Positions 12,301-27,300 of a DNA stretch of 64,000 nt are shown in pieces. The notes below the pieces were generated by a model. It made no database searches and was not told where the DNA came from. It saw only the letters and a list, made by a program, of their open reading frames with translations. This DNA comes from Eledone cirrhosa (taxonomy: Eukaryota): NCBI GenBank assembly GCA_964016885.1, contig OZ024741.1:13578001-13642000 (forward strand). Reading direction: 5' to 3'. Made by a program: the position numbers and the translations under genes. Within the stretch, counting starts at the first letter, position 1. Each line of letters starts with the position of its first letter.

Positions 12301-15300
12301 GAGATGGTAGAGAGCAATATTGTCATACTAGAGAACAAGTTAGAAGTGGTAGAGAGCAATATGGCCATACTAGAGAACAAGTTAGAGATGGTAGAGAGCA
12401 ATATAATCATACGAGAGAACAAGTTAGAGGTGGTAGTGAGCAATATGGTCATACTAGGGAACAAGTTAGAGGTGATAGAGAGAAATATGGTCATACTAGA
12501 GAACACGTTATAGATGGTAGAGAGCAATATGGTCATACTAGAGAACAAGTTAGAGGTGATAGAGCGCAATATGGTCATACTAGAGAACAAGTTAGAGGTG
12601 GTAGAGAACAATATCGCCATACTAGAGAACAAGTAAGAGGTGGTAGAGAGCGATATGGCCATGCTAGAGAAGTTACAGATGGTAGAGAGCAATATGGTCA
12701 TACTAGAGAACAAGTTAGAGGTGGTAGAGAGCAATATGGCCATACTAGAGAACAAGTTAGAGGTGGTAGAGAGCAATATGGTCATACTAGAGAACAAGTT
12801 AGAGGTGGTAGAGAGCAATATGGTCATACTAGAGGACAAGTTAGAGATGGGAGAGAGCAATATGGTCATAATAGAGAAGAAGTTAGAGATGGTAGTGAGC
12901 AATATGGTCATACTAGAGAACAAGTTAGAAGTGGTAGAGAGCAATATGGCCATACTAGAGAACAAGTTAGAGATGGTAGAGAGCAATATGGTCATACTAG
13001 AGAACAAGTTAGAGATGGTAGAGAGCAATATAATCATACTAGAGAACAAGTTAGAGGTGGTAGTGAGCAATATGGTCATACTAGAGAACAAGCTAGAGGT
13101 GATAGAGAGAAATATGGTCATACTAGAGAACACGTTATAGATGGTAGAGAGCAATATGGTCATACTAGAGAACAAGTTAGAGGTGATAGAGCGCAATATG
13201 GTCATACTAGAGAACAAGTTAAAGGTGGTAGAGAGCAATATGGCCATACTAGAGAACAAGTTAGAGGTGATAGAGAGCAATATGGTCATACTAGAGAACA
13301 AGTTAGAGATGGTAGAGAGCAAGATAGTTATACTAGAGAACAAGTTAGAGATGGTAGAGAGCAATATGGTCATTCCAGAGAACAAGTTAGAGATGGTAGA
13401 GAGCAATATGGCCATACTAGAGAACAAGTTAGAGGTGGTAGAGAGCAATATGGTCATACTAGAGGACAAGTTAGAGATGGGAGAGAGCAATATGGTCATA
13501 ATAGAGAAGAAGTTAGAGATGGTAGAGAGCAATATGGTCATACTAGAAAACAAGTTAGAAGTGGGAGAGAGCAATATGGCCATACTAGAGAACAAGTTAG
13601 AGATGGTAGAGAGCAATATAATCATACTAGAGAACAAGTTAGAGGTGGTAGTGAGCAATATGGTCATACTAGAGAACAAGTTAGAGGTGATAGAGAGAAA
13701 TATGGTCATACTAGAGAACACGTTATAGATGGTAGAGAGCAATATGGTCATACTAGAGAACAAGTTAGAGGTGATAGAGCGCAATATGGTCATACTAGAG
13801 AACAAGTTAAAGGTGGTAGAGAGCAATATGGCCATACTAGAGAACAAGTTAGAGGTGATAGAGAGCAATATGGTCATACTAGAGAACAAGTTATAGATGG
13901 TAGAGAGCAATATGGTCATACTAGAGAACAAGTTAGAGATGGTAGAGAGCAAGATAGTTATACTAGAGAACATGTTAGAGATGGTAGAGAGCAATATGGT
14001 CATACCAGAGAACAAGTTAGAGATGGTAGAGAGAAATATGGTCATACTAGAGAACAAGTTAGAGGTGGTAGAGAGCAATATGGCCATACTAGAGAACAAG
14101 TTAGAGGTGGTAGAGAGCAATATGGCCATACTAGAGAACAAGTTAGAGATGGTAGAGAGCAATATGGTCATACTAGAGAACACGTTAGAGGTGATAGAGA
14201 GCAATATGGTCATACTAGAGAACAAGTTAGAGGTGGTAGAGAGCGATATGGCCATGCTAGAGAAGTTAGAGATGGTAGAGAGCAATATGGTCATACTAGA
14301 GAACAAGTTAGAGGTGGTAGAGAGCAATATGGCCATACTAGAGAACAAGTTAGAGGTGGTAGAGAGCAATATGGTCATACTAGAGAACAAGTTAGAGGTG
14401 GTAGAGAGCAATATGGTCATACTAGAGAACAAGTTAGAAGTGGTAGAGAGCAATATGGCCATACTAGAGAACAAGTTAGAGATGGTAGAGAGCAATATGG
14501 TCATACTAGAGAACAAGTTAGAGATGGTAGAGAGCAATATAATCATACTAGAGAACAAGTTAGAGGTGGTAGTGAGCAATATGGTCATACTAGAGAACAA
14601 GTTAGAGGTGATAGAGAGAAATATGGTCATACTAGAGAACACGTTATAGATGGTAAAGAGCAATATGGTCATACTAGAGAACAAGTTAGAGGTGATAGAG
14701 CGCAATATGGTCATACTAGAGAACAAGTTAAAGGTGGTAGAGAGCAATATGGCCATACTAGAGAACAAGTTAGAGGTGATAGAGAGCAATATGGTCATAC
14801 TAGAGAACAAGTTATAGATGGTAGAGAGCAATATGGTCATACTAGAGAACAAGTTAGAGATGGTAGAGAGCAAGATAGTTATACTAGAGAACAAGTTAGA
14901 GATGGTAGAGAGCAATATGGTCATACCAGAGAACAAGTTAGAGATGGTAGAGAAAAATATGGCCATACTAGAGAACAAGTTATAGGTGATAGAGAGCAAT
15001 ATGGCCATACCAGAGAACAAGTTAGAGGTGGTAGAGAGCAATATGGCCATACTAGAGAACAAGTTAGAGGTGATAGAGAGCAATATGGTCATACTAGAGA
15101 ACAAGTTAGAGGTGGTAGAGAGCAATATGGCCAAACTAGAGAACAAGTTAGAGGTGATAGAAAGCAATATGGTCATACTAGAGAACAAGTTATAGATGGT
15201 AGAGAGCAATATGGTCATACTAGAGAACAAGTTAGAGGTGGTAGAGAGCAATATGGTCATACTAGAGAACAAGTTAGAGATGGTAGAGAGCAATATAGTC

Positions 15301-18300
15301 ATACTAGAGAACAAGTTAGAGGTGGTAGTGAGCAATATGGTCATACTAGAGAACAAGTTAGAGATGGTAGAGAGCAATATGGTCATACTAGAGAACAAGT
15401 TAGAGGTGGTAGAGAGCAATATGGTCATACTAGAGAACAAGTTAGAGGGGGTAGAGAGCGATATGGCCATACTAGAGAACACGTTAGAGGTGATAGAGAG
15501 CAATATGGTCATACTAGAGAACAAGTTAGAGGTGGTAGAGAGCGAGATGGCCATGCTTAAAAGTTAGAGATGGTAGAGAGCAATATGGTCATACTAGAGA
15601 ACAAGTTAGAGGTGGTAGAGAGCAATATGGCCATACTAGAGAACAAGTTAGAGGTGGTAGAGAGCAATATGGTCATACTAGAGAACAAGTTAGAGGTGGT
15701 AGAGAGCAATATGGTCATACTAGAGGACAAGTTAGAGATGGTAGAGAGCAATATTGTCATACTAGAGAACAAGTTAGAAGTGGTAGAGAGCAATATGGCC
15801 ATACTAGAGAACAAGTTTTAGATGGTAGAGAGCAATATAATCATACTAGAGAACAAGTTAGAGGTGGTAGTGAGCAATATGGTCATACTAGGGAACAAGT
15901 TAGAGGTGATAGAGAGAAATATGGTCATACTAGAGAACACGTTATAGATGGTAGAGAGCAATATGGTCATACTAGAGAACAAGTTAGAGGTGATAGAGCG
16001 CAATATGGTCATACTAGAGAACAAGTTAGAGGTGGTAGAGAACAATATCGCCATACTAGAGAACAAGTTAGAGGTGGTAGAGAGCGATATGGCCATGCTA
16101 GAGAAGTTACAGATGGTAGAGAGCAATATGGTCATACTAGAGAACAAGTTAGAGGTGGTAGAGAGCAATATGGCCATACTAGAGAACAAGTTAGAGGTGG
16201 TAGAGAGCAATATGGTCATACTAGAGAACAAGTTAGAGGTGGTAGAGAGCAATATGGTCATACTAGAGGACAAGTTAGAGATGGGAGAGAGCAATATGGT
16301 CATAATAGAGAAGAAGTTAGAGATGGTAGTGAGCAATATGGTCATACTAGAGAACAAGTTAGAAGTGGTAGAGAGCAATATGGCCATACTAGAGAACAAG
16401 TTAGAGATGGTAGAGAGCAATATGGTCATACTAGAGAACAAGTTAGAGATGGTAGAGAGCAATATAATCATACTAGAGAACAAGTTAGAGGTGGTAGTGA
16501 GCAATGTGGTCATACTAGAGAACAAGTTAGAGGTGATAGAGAGAAATATGGTCATACTAGAGAACACGTTATAGATGGTAGAGAGCAATATGGTCATACT
16601 AGAGAACAAGTTAGAGGTGATAGAGCGCAATATGGTCATACTAGAGAACAAGTTAAAGGTGGTAGAGAGCAATATGGCCATACTAGAGAACAAGTTAGAG
16701 GTGATAGAGAGCAATATGGTCATACTAGAAACAAGTTAGAGATGGTAGAGAGCAAGATAGTTATACTAGAGAACAAGTTAGAGATGGTAGAGAGCAATAT
16801 GGTCATACCAGAGAACAAGTTAGAGATGGTAGAGAGAAATATGGCCATACTAGAGAACAAGTTATAGGTGATAGAGAGCAATATGGCCATACCAGAGAAC
16901 AAGTTAGAGGTGGTAGAGAGCAATATGGCCATACTAGAGAACAAGTTAGAGGTGATAGAGAGCAATATGGTCATACTAGAGAACAAGTTAGAGGTGGTAG
17001 AGAGCAATATGGCCATACTAGAGAACAAGTTAGAGGTGGTAGAGAGCAATATGGTCATACTAGAGGACAAGTTAGAGATGGGAGAGAGCAATATGGTCAT
17101 AATAGAGAAGAAGTTAGAGATGGTAGAGAGCAATATGGTCATACTAGAAAACAAGTTAGAAGTGGGAGAGAGCAATATGGCCATACTAGAGAACAAGTTA
17201 GAGATGGTAGAGAGCAATATAATCATACTAGAGAACAAGTTAGAGGTGGTAGTGAGCAATATGGTCATACTAGAGAACAAGTTAGAGGTGATAGAGAGAA
17301 ATATGGTCATACTAGAGAACACGTTATAGATGGTAGAGAGCAATATGGTCATACTAGAGAACAAGTTAGAGGTGATAGAGCGCAATATGGTCATACTAGA
17401 GAACAAGTTAAAGGTGGTAGAGAGCAATATGGCCATACTAGAGAACAAGTTAGAGGTGATAGAGAGCAATATGGTCATACTAGAGAACAAGTTATAGATG
17501 GTAGAGAGCAATATGGTCATACTAGAGAACAAGTTAGAGATGGTAGAGAGCAAGATAGTTATACTAGAGAACATGTTAGAGATGGTAGAGAGCAATATGG
17601 TCATACCAGAGAACAAGTTAGAGATGGTAGAGAGAAATATGGTCATACTAGAGAACAAGTTAGAGGTGGTAGAGAGCAATATGGCCATACTAGAGAACAA
17701 GTTAGAGGTGGTAGAGAGCAATATGGCCATACTAGAGAACAAGTTAGAGATGGTAGAGAGCAATATGGTCATACTAGAGAACACGTTAGAGGTGATAGAG
17801 AGCAATATGGTCATACTAGAGAACAAGTTAGAGGTGGTAGAGAGCGATATGGCCATGCTAGAGAAGTTAGAGATGGTAGAGAGCAATATGGTCATACTAG
17901 AGAACAAGTTAGAGGTGGTAGAGAGCAATATGGCCATACTAGAGAACAAGTTAGAGGTGGTAGAGAGCAATATGGTCATACTAGAGAACAAGTTAGAGGT
18001 GGTAGAGAGCAATATGGTCATACTAGAGAACAAGTTAGAAGTGGTAGAGAGCAATATGGCCATACTAGAGAACAAGTTAGAGATGGTAGAGAGCAATATG
18101 GTCATACTAGAGAACAAGTTAGAGATGGTAGAGAGCAATATAATCATACTAGAGAACAAGTTAGAGGTGGTAGTGAGCAATATGGTCATACTAGAGAACA
18201 AGTTAGAGGTGATAGAGAGAAATATGGTCATACTAGAGAACACGTTATAGATGGTAAAGAGCAATATGGTCATACTAGAGAACAAGTTAGAGGTGATAGA

Positions 18301-21300
18301 GCGCAATATGGTCATACTAGAGAACAAGTTAAAGGTGGTAGAGAGCAATATGGCCATACTAGAGAACAAGTTAGAGGTGATAGAGAGCAATATGGTCATA
18401 CTAGAGAACAAGTTATAGATGGTAGAGAGCAATATGGTCATACTAGAGAACAAGTTAGAGATGGTAGAGAGCAAGATAGTTATACTAGAGAACAAGTTAG
18501 AGATGGTAGAGAGCAATATGGTCATACCAGAGAACAAGTTAGAGATGGTAGAGAAAAATATGGCCATACTAGAGAACAAGTTATAGGTGATAGAGAGCAA
18601 TATGGCCATACCAGAGAACAAGTTAGAGGTGGTAGAGAGCAATATGGCCATACTAGAGAACAAGTTAGAGGTGATAGAGAGCAATATGGTCATACTAGAG
18701 AACAAGTTAGAGGTGGTAGAGAGCAATATGGCCAAACTAGAGAACAAGTTAGAGGTGATAGAAAGCAATATGGTCATACTAGAGAACAAGTTATAGATGG
18801 TAGAGAGCAATATGGTCATACTAGAGAACAAGTTAGAGGTGGTAGAGAGCAATATGGTCATACTAGAGAACAAGTTAGAGATGGTAGAGAGCAATATAGT
18901 CATACTAGAGAACAAGTTAGAGGTGGTAGTGAGCAATATGGTCATACTAGAGAACAAGTTAGAGATGGTAGAGAGCAATATGGTCATACTAGAGAACAAG
19001 TTAGAGGTGGTAGAGAGCAATATGGTCATACTAGAGAACAAGTTAGAGGTGGTAGAGAGCGATATGGCCATACTAGAGAACACGTTAGAGGTGATAGAGA
19101 GCAATATGGTCATACTAGAGAACAAGTTAGAGGTGGTAGAGAGCGAGATGGCCATGCTTAAAAGTTAGAGATGGTAGAGAGCAATATGGTCATACTAGAG
19201 AACAAGTTAGAGGTGGTAGAGAGCAATATGGCCATACTAGAGAACAAGTTAGAGGTGGTAGAGAGCAATATGGTCATACTAGAGAACAAGTTAGAGGTGG
19301 TAGAGAGCAATATGGTCATACTAGAGGACAAGTTAGAGATGGTAGAGAGCAATATTGTCATACTAGAGAACAAGTTAGAAGTGGTAGAGAGCAATATGGC
19401 CATACTAGAGAACAAGTTTTAGATGGTAGAGAGCAATATAATCATACTAGAGAACAAGTTAGAGGTGGTAGTGAGCAATATGGTCATACTAGGGAACAAG
19501 TTAGAGGTGATAGAGAGAAATATGGTCATACTAGAGAACACGTTATAGATGGTAGAGAGCAATATGGTCATACTAGAGAACAAGTTAGAGGTGATAGAGC
19601 GCAATATGGTCATACTAGAGAACAAGTTAGAGGTGGTAGAGAACAATATCGCCATACTAGAGAACAAGTTAGAGGTGGTAGAGAGCGATATGGCCATGCT
19701 AGAGAAGTTACAGATGGTAGAGAGCAATATGGTCATACTAGAGAACAAGTTAGAGGTGGTAGAGAGCAATATGGCCATACTAGAGAACAAGTTAGAGGTG
19801 GTAGAGAGCAATATGGTCATACTAGAGAACAAGTTAGAGGTGGTAGAGAGCAATATGGTCATACTAGAGGACAAGTTAGAGATGGGAGAGAGCAATATGG
19901 TCATAATAGAGAAGAAGTTAGAGATGGTAGTGAGCAATATGGTCATACTAGAGAACAAGTTAGAAGTGGTAGAGAGCAATATGGCCATACTAGAGAACAA
20001 GTTAGAGATGGTAGAGAGCAATATGGTCATACTAGAGAACAAGTTAGAGATGGTAGAGAGCAATATAATCATACTAGAGAACAAGTTAGAGGTGGTAGTG
20101 AGCAATGTGGTCATACTAGAGAACAAGTTAGAGGTGATAGAGAGAAATATGGTCATACTAGAGAACACGTTATAGATGGTAGAGAGCAATATGGTCATAC
20201 TAGAGAACAAGTTAGAGGTGATAGAGCGCAATATGGTCATACTAGAGAACAAGTTAAAGGTGGTAGAGAGCAATATGGCCATACTAGAGAACAAGTTAGA
20301 GGTGATAGAGAGCAATATGGTCATACTAGAAACAAGTTAGAGATGGTAGAGAGCAAGATAGTTATACTAGAGAACAAGTTAGAGATGGTAGAGAGCAATA
20401 TGGTCATACCAGAGAACAAGTTAGAGATGGTAGAGAGAAATATGGCCATACTAGAGAACAAGTTATAGGTGATAGAGAGCAATATGGCCATACCAGAGAA
20501 CAAGTTAGAGGTGGTAGAGAGCAATATGGCCATACTAGAGAACAAGTTAGAGGTGATAGAGAGCAATATGGTCATACTAGAGAACAAGTTAGAGGTGGTA
20601 GAGAGCAATATGGCCATACTAGAGAACAAGTTAGAGGTGGTAGAGAGCAATATGGTCATACTAGAGGACAAGTTAGAGATGGGAGAGAGCAATATGGTCA
20701 TAATAGAGAAGAAGTTAGAGATGGTAGAGAGCAATATGGTCATACTAGAAAACAAGTTAGAAGTGGGAGAGAGCAATATGGCCATACTAGAGAACAAGTT
20801 AGAGATGGTAGAGAGCAATATAATCATACTAGAGAACAAGTTAGAGGTGGTAGTGAGCAATATGGTCATACTAGAGAACAAGTTAGAGGTGATAGAGAGA
20901 AATATGGTCATACTAGAGAACACGTTATAGATGGTAGAGAGCAATATGGTCATACTAGAGAACAAGTTAGAGGTGATAGAGCGCAATATGGTCATACTAG
21001 AGAACAAGTTAAAGGTGGTAGAGAGCAATATGGCCATACTAGAGAACAAGTTAGAGGTGATAGAGAGCAATATGGTCATACTAGAGAACAAGTTATAGAT
21101 GGTAGAGAGCAATATGGTCATACTAGAGAACAAGTTAGAGATGGTAGAGAGCAAGATAGTTATACTAGAGAACATGTTAGAGATGGTAGAGAGCAATATG
21201 GTCATACCAGAGAACAAGTTAGAGATGGTAGAGAGAAATATGGTCATACTAGAGAACAAGTTAGAGGTGGTAGAGAGCAATATGGCCATACTAGAGAACA

Positions 21301-24300
21301 AGTTAGAGGTGGTAGAGAGCAATATGGCCATACTAGAGAACAAGTTAGAGATGGTAGAGAGCAATATGGTCATACTAGAGAACACGTTAGAGGTGATAGA
21401 GAGCAATATGGTCATACTAGAGAACAAGTTAGAGGTGGTAGAGAGCGATATGGCCATGCTAGAGAAGTTAGAGATGGTAGAGAGCAATATGGTCATACTA
21501 GAGAACAAGTTAGAGGTGGTAGAGAGCAATATGGCCATACTAGAGAACAAGTTAGAGGTGGTAGAGAGCAATATGGTCATACTAGAGAACAAGTTAGAGG
21601 TGGTAGAGAGCAATATGGTCATACTAGAGAACAAGTTAGAAGTGGTAGAGAGCAATATGGCCATACTAGAGAACAAGTTAGAGATGGTAGAGAGCAATAT
21701 GGTCATGCTAGAGAACAAGTTAGAGATGGTAGAGAGCAATATAATCATACTAGAGAACAAGTTAGAGGTGGTAGTGAGCAATATGGTCATACTAGAGAAC
21801 AAGTTAGAGGTGATAGAGAGAAATATGGTCATACTAGAGAACACGTTATAGATGGTAAAGAGCAATATGGTCATACTAGAGAACAAGTTAGAGGTGATAG
21901 AGCGCAATATGGTCATACTAGAGAACAAGTTAAAGGTGGTAGAGAGCAATATGGCCATACTAGAGAACAAGTTAGAGGTGATAGAGAGCAATATGGTCAT
22001 ACTAGAGAACAAGTTATAGATGGTAGAGAGCAATATGGTCATACTAGAGAACAAGTTAGAGATGGTAGAGAGCAAGATAGTTATACTAGAGAACAAGTTA
22101 GAGATGGTAGAGAGCAATATGGTCATACCAGAGAACAAGTTAGAGATGGTAGAGAAAAATATGGCCATACTAGAGAACAAGTTATAGGTGATAGAGAGCA
22201 ATATGGCCATACCAGAGAACAAGTTAGAGGTGGTAGAGAGCAATATGGCCATACTAGAGAACAAGTTAGAGGTGATAGAGAGCAATATGGTCATACTAGA
22301 GAACAAGTTAGAGGTGGTAGAGAGCAATATGGCCAAACTAGAGAACAAGTTAGAGGTGATAGAAAGCAATATGGTCATACTAGAGAACAAGTTATAGATG
22401 GTAGAGAGCAATATGGTCATACTAGAGAACAAGTTAGAGGTGGTAGAGAGCAATATGGTCATACTAGAGAACAAGTTAGAGATGGTAGAGAGCAATATAG
22501 TCATACTAGAGAACAAGTTAGAGGTGGTAGTGAGCAATATGGTCATACTAGAGAACAAGTTAGAGATGGTAGAGAGCAATATGGTCATACTAGAGAACAA
22601 GTTAGAGGTGGTAGAGAGCAATATGGTCATACTAGAGAACAAGTTAGAGGTGGTAGAGAGCGATATGGCCATACTAGAGAACACGTTAGAGGTGATAGAG
22701 AGCAATATGGTCATACTAGAGAACAAGTTAGAGGTGGTAGAGAGCGAGATGGCCATGCTTAAAAGTTAGAGATGGTAGAGAGCAATATGGTCATACTAGA
22801 GAACAAGTTAGAGGTGGTAGAGAGCAATATGGCCATACTAGAGAACAAGTTAGAGGTGGTAGAGAGCAATATGGTCATACTAGAGAACAAGTTAGAGGTG
22901 GTAGAGAGCAATATGGTCATACTAGAGGACAAGTTAGAGATGGTAGAGAGCAATATTGTCATACTAGAGAACAAGTTAGAAGTGGTAGAGAGCAATATGG
23001 CCATACTAGAGAACAAGTTTTAGATGGTAGAGAGCAATATAATCATACTAGAGAACAAGTTAGAGGTGGTAGTGAGCAATATGGTCATACTAGGGAACAA
23101 GTTAGAGGTGATAGAGAGAAATATGGTCATACTAGAGAACACGTTATAGATGGTAGAGAGCAATATGGTCATACTAGAGAACAAGTTAGAGGTGATAGAG
23201 CGCAATATGGTCATACTAGAGAACAAGTTAGAGGTGGTAGAGAACAATATCGCCATACTAGAGAACAAGTTAGAGGTGGTAGAGAGCGATATGGCCATGC
23301 TAGAGAAGTTACAGATGGTAGAGAGCAATATGGTCATACTAGAGAACAAGTTAGAGGTGGTAGAGAGCAATATGGCCATACTAGAGAACAAGTTAGAGGT
23401 GGTAGAGAGCAATATGGTCATACTAGAGAACAAGTTAGAGGTGGTAGAGAGCAATATGGTCATACTAGAGGACAAGTTAGAGATGGGAGAGAGCAATATG
23501 GTCATAATAGAGAAGAAGTTAGAGATGGTAGTGAGCAATATGGTCATACTAGAGAACAAGTTAGAAGTGGTAGAGAGCAATATGGCCATACTAGAGAACA
23601 AGTTAGAGATGGTAGAGAGCAATATGGTCATACTAGAGAACAAGTTAGAGATGGTAGAGAGCAATATAATCATACTAGAGAACAAGTTAGAGGTGGTAGT
23701 GAGCAATGTGGTCATACTAGAGAACAAGTTAGAGGTGATAGAGAGAAATATGGTCATACTAGAGAACACGTTATAGATGGTAGAGAGCAATATGGTCATA
23801 CTAGAGAACAAGTTAGAGGTGATAGAGCGCAATATGGTCATACTAGAGAACAAGTTAAAGGTGGTAGAGAGCAATATGGCCATACTAGAGAACAAGTTAG
23901 AGGTGATAGAGAGCAATATGGTCATACTAGAAACAAGTTAGAGATGGTAGAGAGCAAGATAGTTATACTAGAGAACAAGTTAGAGATGGTAGAGAGCAAT
24001 ATGGTCATACCAGAGAACAAGTTAGAGATGGTAGAGAGAAATATGGCCATACTAGAGAACAAGTTATAGGTGATAGAGAGCAATATGGCCATACCAGAGA
24101 ACAAGTTAGAGGTGGTAGAGAGCAATATGGCCATACTAGAGAACAAGTTAGAGGTGATAGAGAGCAATATGGTCATACTAGAGAACAAGTTAGAGGTGGT
24201 AGAGAGCAATATGGACATACTAGAGAACAAGTTAGAGGTGATAGAGAGCAATATGGTCATATTAGAGAACAAGTTATAGATGGTAGAGAGCAATATGGTC

Positions 24301-27300
24301 ATACTAGAGAACAAGTTAGAGGTGGTAGAGAGCAATATGGTCATACTATACAACAAGTTAGAGATGGTAGAGAGCAATATAGTCATACTAGAGAACAAGT
24401 TAGAGGTGGTAGTGAGCAATATGGTCATACTAGAGAACAAGTTAGAGATGGTAGAGAGCAATATGGTCATACTAGAGAACAAGTTAGAGGTGGTAGAGAG
24501 CAATATGGTCATACTAGAGAACAAGTTAGAGGTGGTAGAGAGCGATATGGTCATACTAGAGAACAAGTTAGAGGTGGTAGAGAGCGATATGGCCATACTA
24601 GAGAACACGTTAGAGGTGATAGAGAGCAATATGGTCATACTAGAGAACAAGTTAGAGGTGGTAGAGAGCGATATGGCCATGCTAGAGAAGTTACAGATGG
24701 TAGAGAGCAATATGGTCATACTAGAGAACAAGTTAGAGGTGGTAGAGAGCAATATGGCCATACTAGAGAACAAGTTAGAGGTGGTAGAGAGCAATATGGT
24801 CATACTAGAGAACAAGTTAGAGGTGGTAGAGAGCAATATGGTCATACTAGAGGACAAGTTAGAGATGGGAGAGAGCAATATGGTCATAATAGAGAAGAAG
24901 TTAGAGATGGTAGAGAGCAATATGGTCATACTAGAAAACAAGTTAGAAGTGGGAGAGAGCAATATGGCCATACTAGAGAACAAGTTAGAGATGGTAGAGA
25001 GCAATATAATCATACTAGAGAACAAGTTAGAGGTGGTAGTGAGCAATATGGTCATACTAGAGAACAAGTTAGAGGTGATAGAGAGAAATATGGTCATACT
25101 AGAGAACACGTTATAGATGGTAGAGAGCAATATGGTCATACTAGAGAACAAGTTAGAGGTGATAGAGCGCAATATGGTCATACTAGAGAACAAGTTAAAG
25201 GTGGTAGAGAGCAATATGGCCATACTAGAGAACAAGTTAGAGGTGATAGAGAGCAATATGGTCATACTAGAGAACAAGTTATAGATGGTAGAGAGCAATA
25301 TGGTCATACTAGAGAACAAGTTAGAGATGGTAGAGAGCAAGATAGTTATACTAGAGAACATGTTAGAGATGGTAGAGAGCAATATGGTCATACCAGAGAA
25401 CAAGTTAGAGATGGTAGAGAGAAATATGGTCATACTAGAGAACAAGTTAGAGGTGGTAGAGAGCAATATGGCCATACTAGAGAACAAGTTAGAGGTGGTA
25501 GAGAGCAATATGGTCATACTAGAGAACAAGTTAGAGGTGGTAGAGAGCAATATGGTCATACTAGAGGACAAGTTAGAGATGGGAGAGAGCAATATGGTCA
25601 TAATAGAGAAGAAGTTAGAGATGGTAGTGAGCAATATGGTCATACTAGAGAACAAGTTAGAAGTGGTAGAGAGCAATATGGCCATACTAGAGAACAAGTT
25701 AGAGATGGTAGAGAGCAATATGGTCATACTAGAGAACAAGTTAGAGATGGTAGAGAGCAATATAATCATACTAGAGAACAAGTTAGAGGTGGTAGTGAGC
25801 AATGTGGTCATACTAGAGAACAAGTTAGAGGTGATAGAGAGAAATATGGTCATACTAGAGAACACGTTATAGATGGTAGAGAGCAATATGGTCATACTAG
25901 AGAACAAGTTAGAGGTGATAGAGCGCAATATGGTCATACTAGAGAACAAGTTAAAGGTGGTAGAGAGCAATATGGCCATACTAGAGAACAAGTTAGAGGT
26001 GATAGAGAGCAATATGGTCATACTAGAAACAAGTTAGAGATGGTAGAGAGCAAGATAGTTATACTAGAGAACAAGTTAGAGATGGTAGAGAGCAATATGG
26101 TCATACCAGAGAACAAGTTAGAGATGGTAGAGAGAAATATGGCCATACTAGAGAACAAGTTATAGGTGATAGAGAGCAATATGGCCATACCAGAGAACAA
26201 GTTAGAGGTGGTAGAGAGCAATATGGCCATACTAGAGAACAAGTTAGAGGTGATAGAGAGCAATATGGTCATACTAGAGAACAAGTTAGAGGTGGTAGAG
26301 AGCAATATGGCCATACTAGAGAACAAGTTAGAGGTGGTAGAGAGCAATATGGTCATACTAGAGGACAAGTTAGAGATGGGAGAGAGCAATATGGTCATAA
26401 TAGAGAAGAAGTTAGAGATGGTAGAGAGCAATATGGTCATACTAGAAAACAAGTTAGAAGTGGGAGAGAGCAATATGGCCATACTAGAGAACAAGTTAGA
26501 GATGGTAGAGAGCAATATAATCATACTAGAGAACAAGTTAGAGGTGGTAGTGAGCAATATGGTCATACTAGAGAACAAGTTAGAGGTGATAGAGAGAAAT
26601 ATGGTCATACTAGAGAACACGTTATAGATGGTAGAGAGCAATATGGTCATACTAGAGAACAAGTTAGAGGTGATAGAGCGCAATATGGTCATACTAGAGA
26701 ACAAGTTAAAGGTGGTAGAGAGCAATATGGCCATACTAGAGAACAAGTTAGAGGTGATAGAGAGCAATATGGTCATACTAGAGAACAAGTTATAGATGGT
26801 AGAGAGCAATATGGTCATACTAGAGAACAAGTTAGAGATGGTAGAGAGCAAGATAGTTATACTAGAGAACATGTTAGAGATGGTAGAGAGCAATATGGTC
26901 ATACCAGAGAACAAGTTAGAGATGGTAGAGAGAAATATGGTCATACTAGAGAACAAGTTAGAGGTGGTAGAGAGCAATATGGCCATACTAGAGAACAAGT
27001 TAGAGGTGGTAGAGAGCAATATGGCCATACTAGAGAACAAGTTAGAGATGGTAGAGAGCAATATGGTCATACTAGAGAACACGTTAGAGGTGATAGAGAG
27101 CAATATGGTCATACTAGAGAACAAGTTAGAGGTGGTAGAGAGCGATATGGCCATGCTAGAGAAGTTAGAGATGGTAGAGAGCAATATGGTCATACTAGAG
27201 AACAAGTTAGAGGTGGTAGAGAGCAATATGGCCATACTAGAGAACAAGTTAGAGGTGGTAGAGAGCAATATGGTCATACTAGAGAACAAGTTAGAGGTGG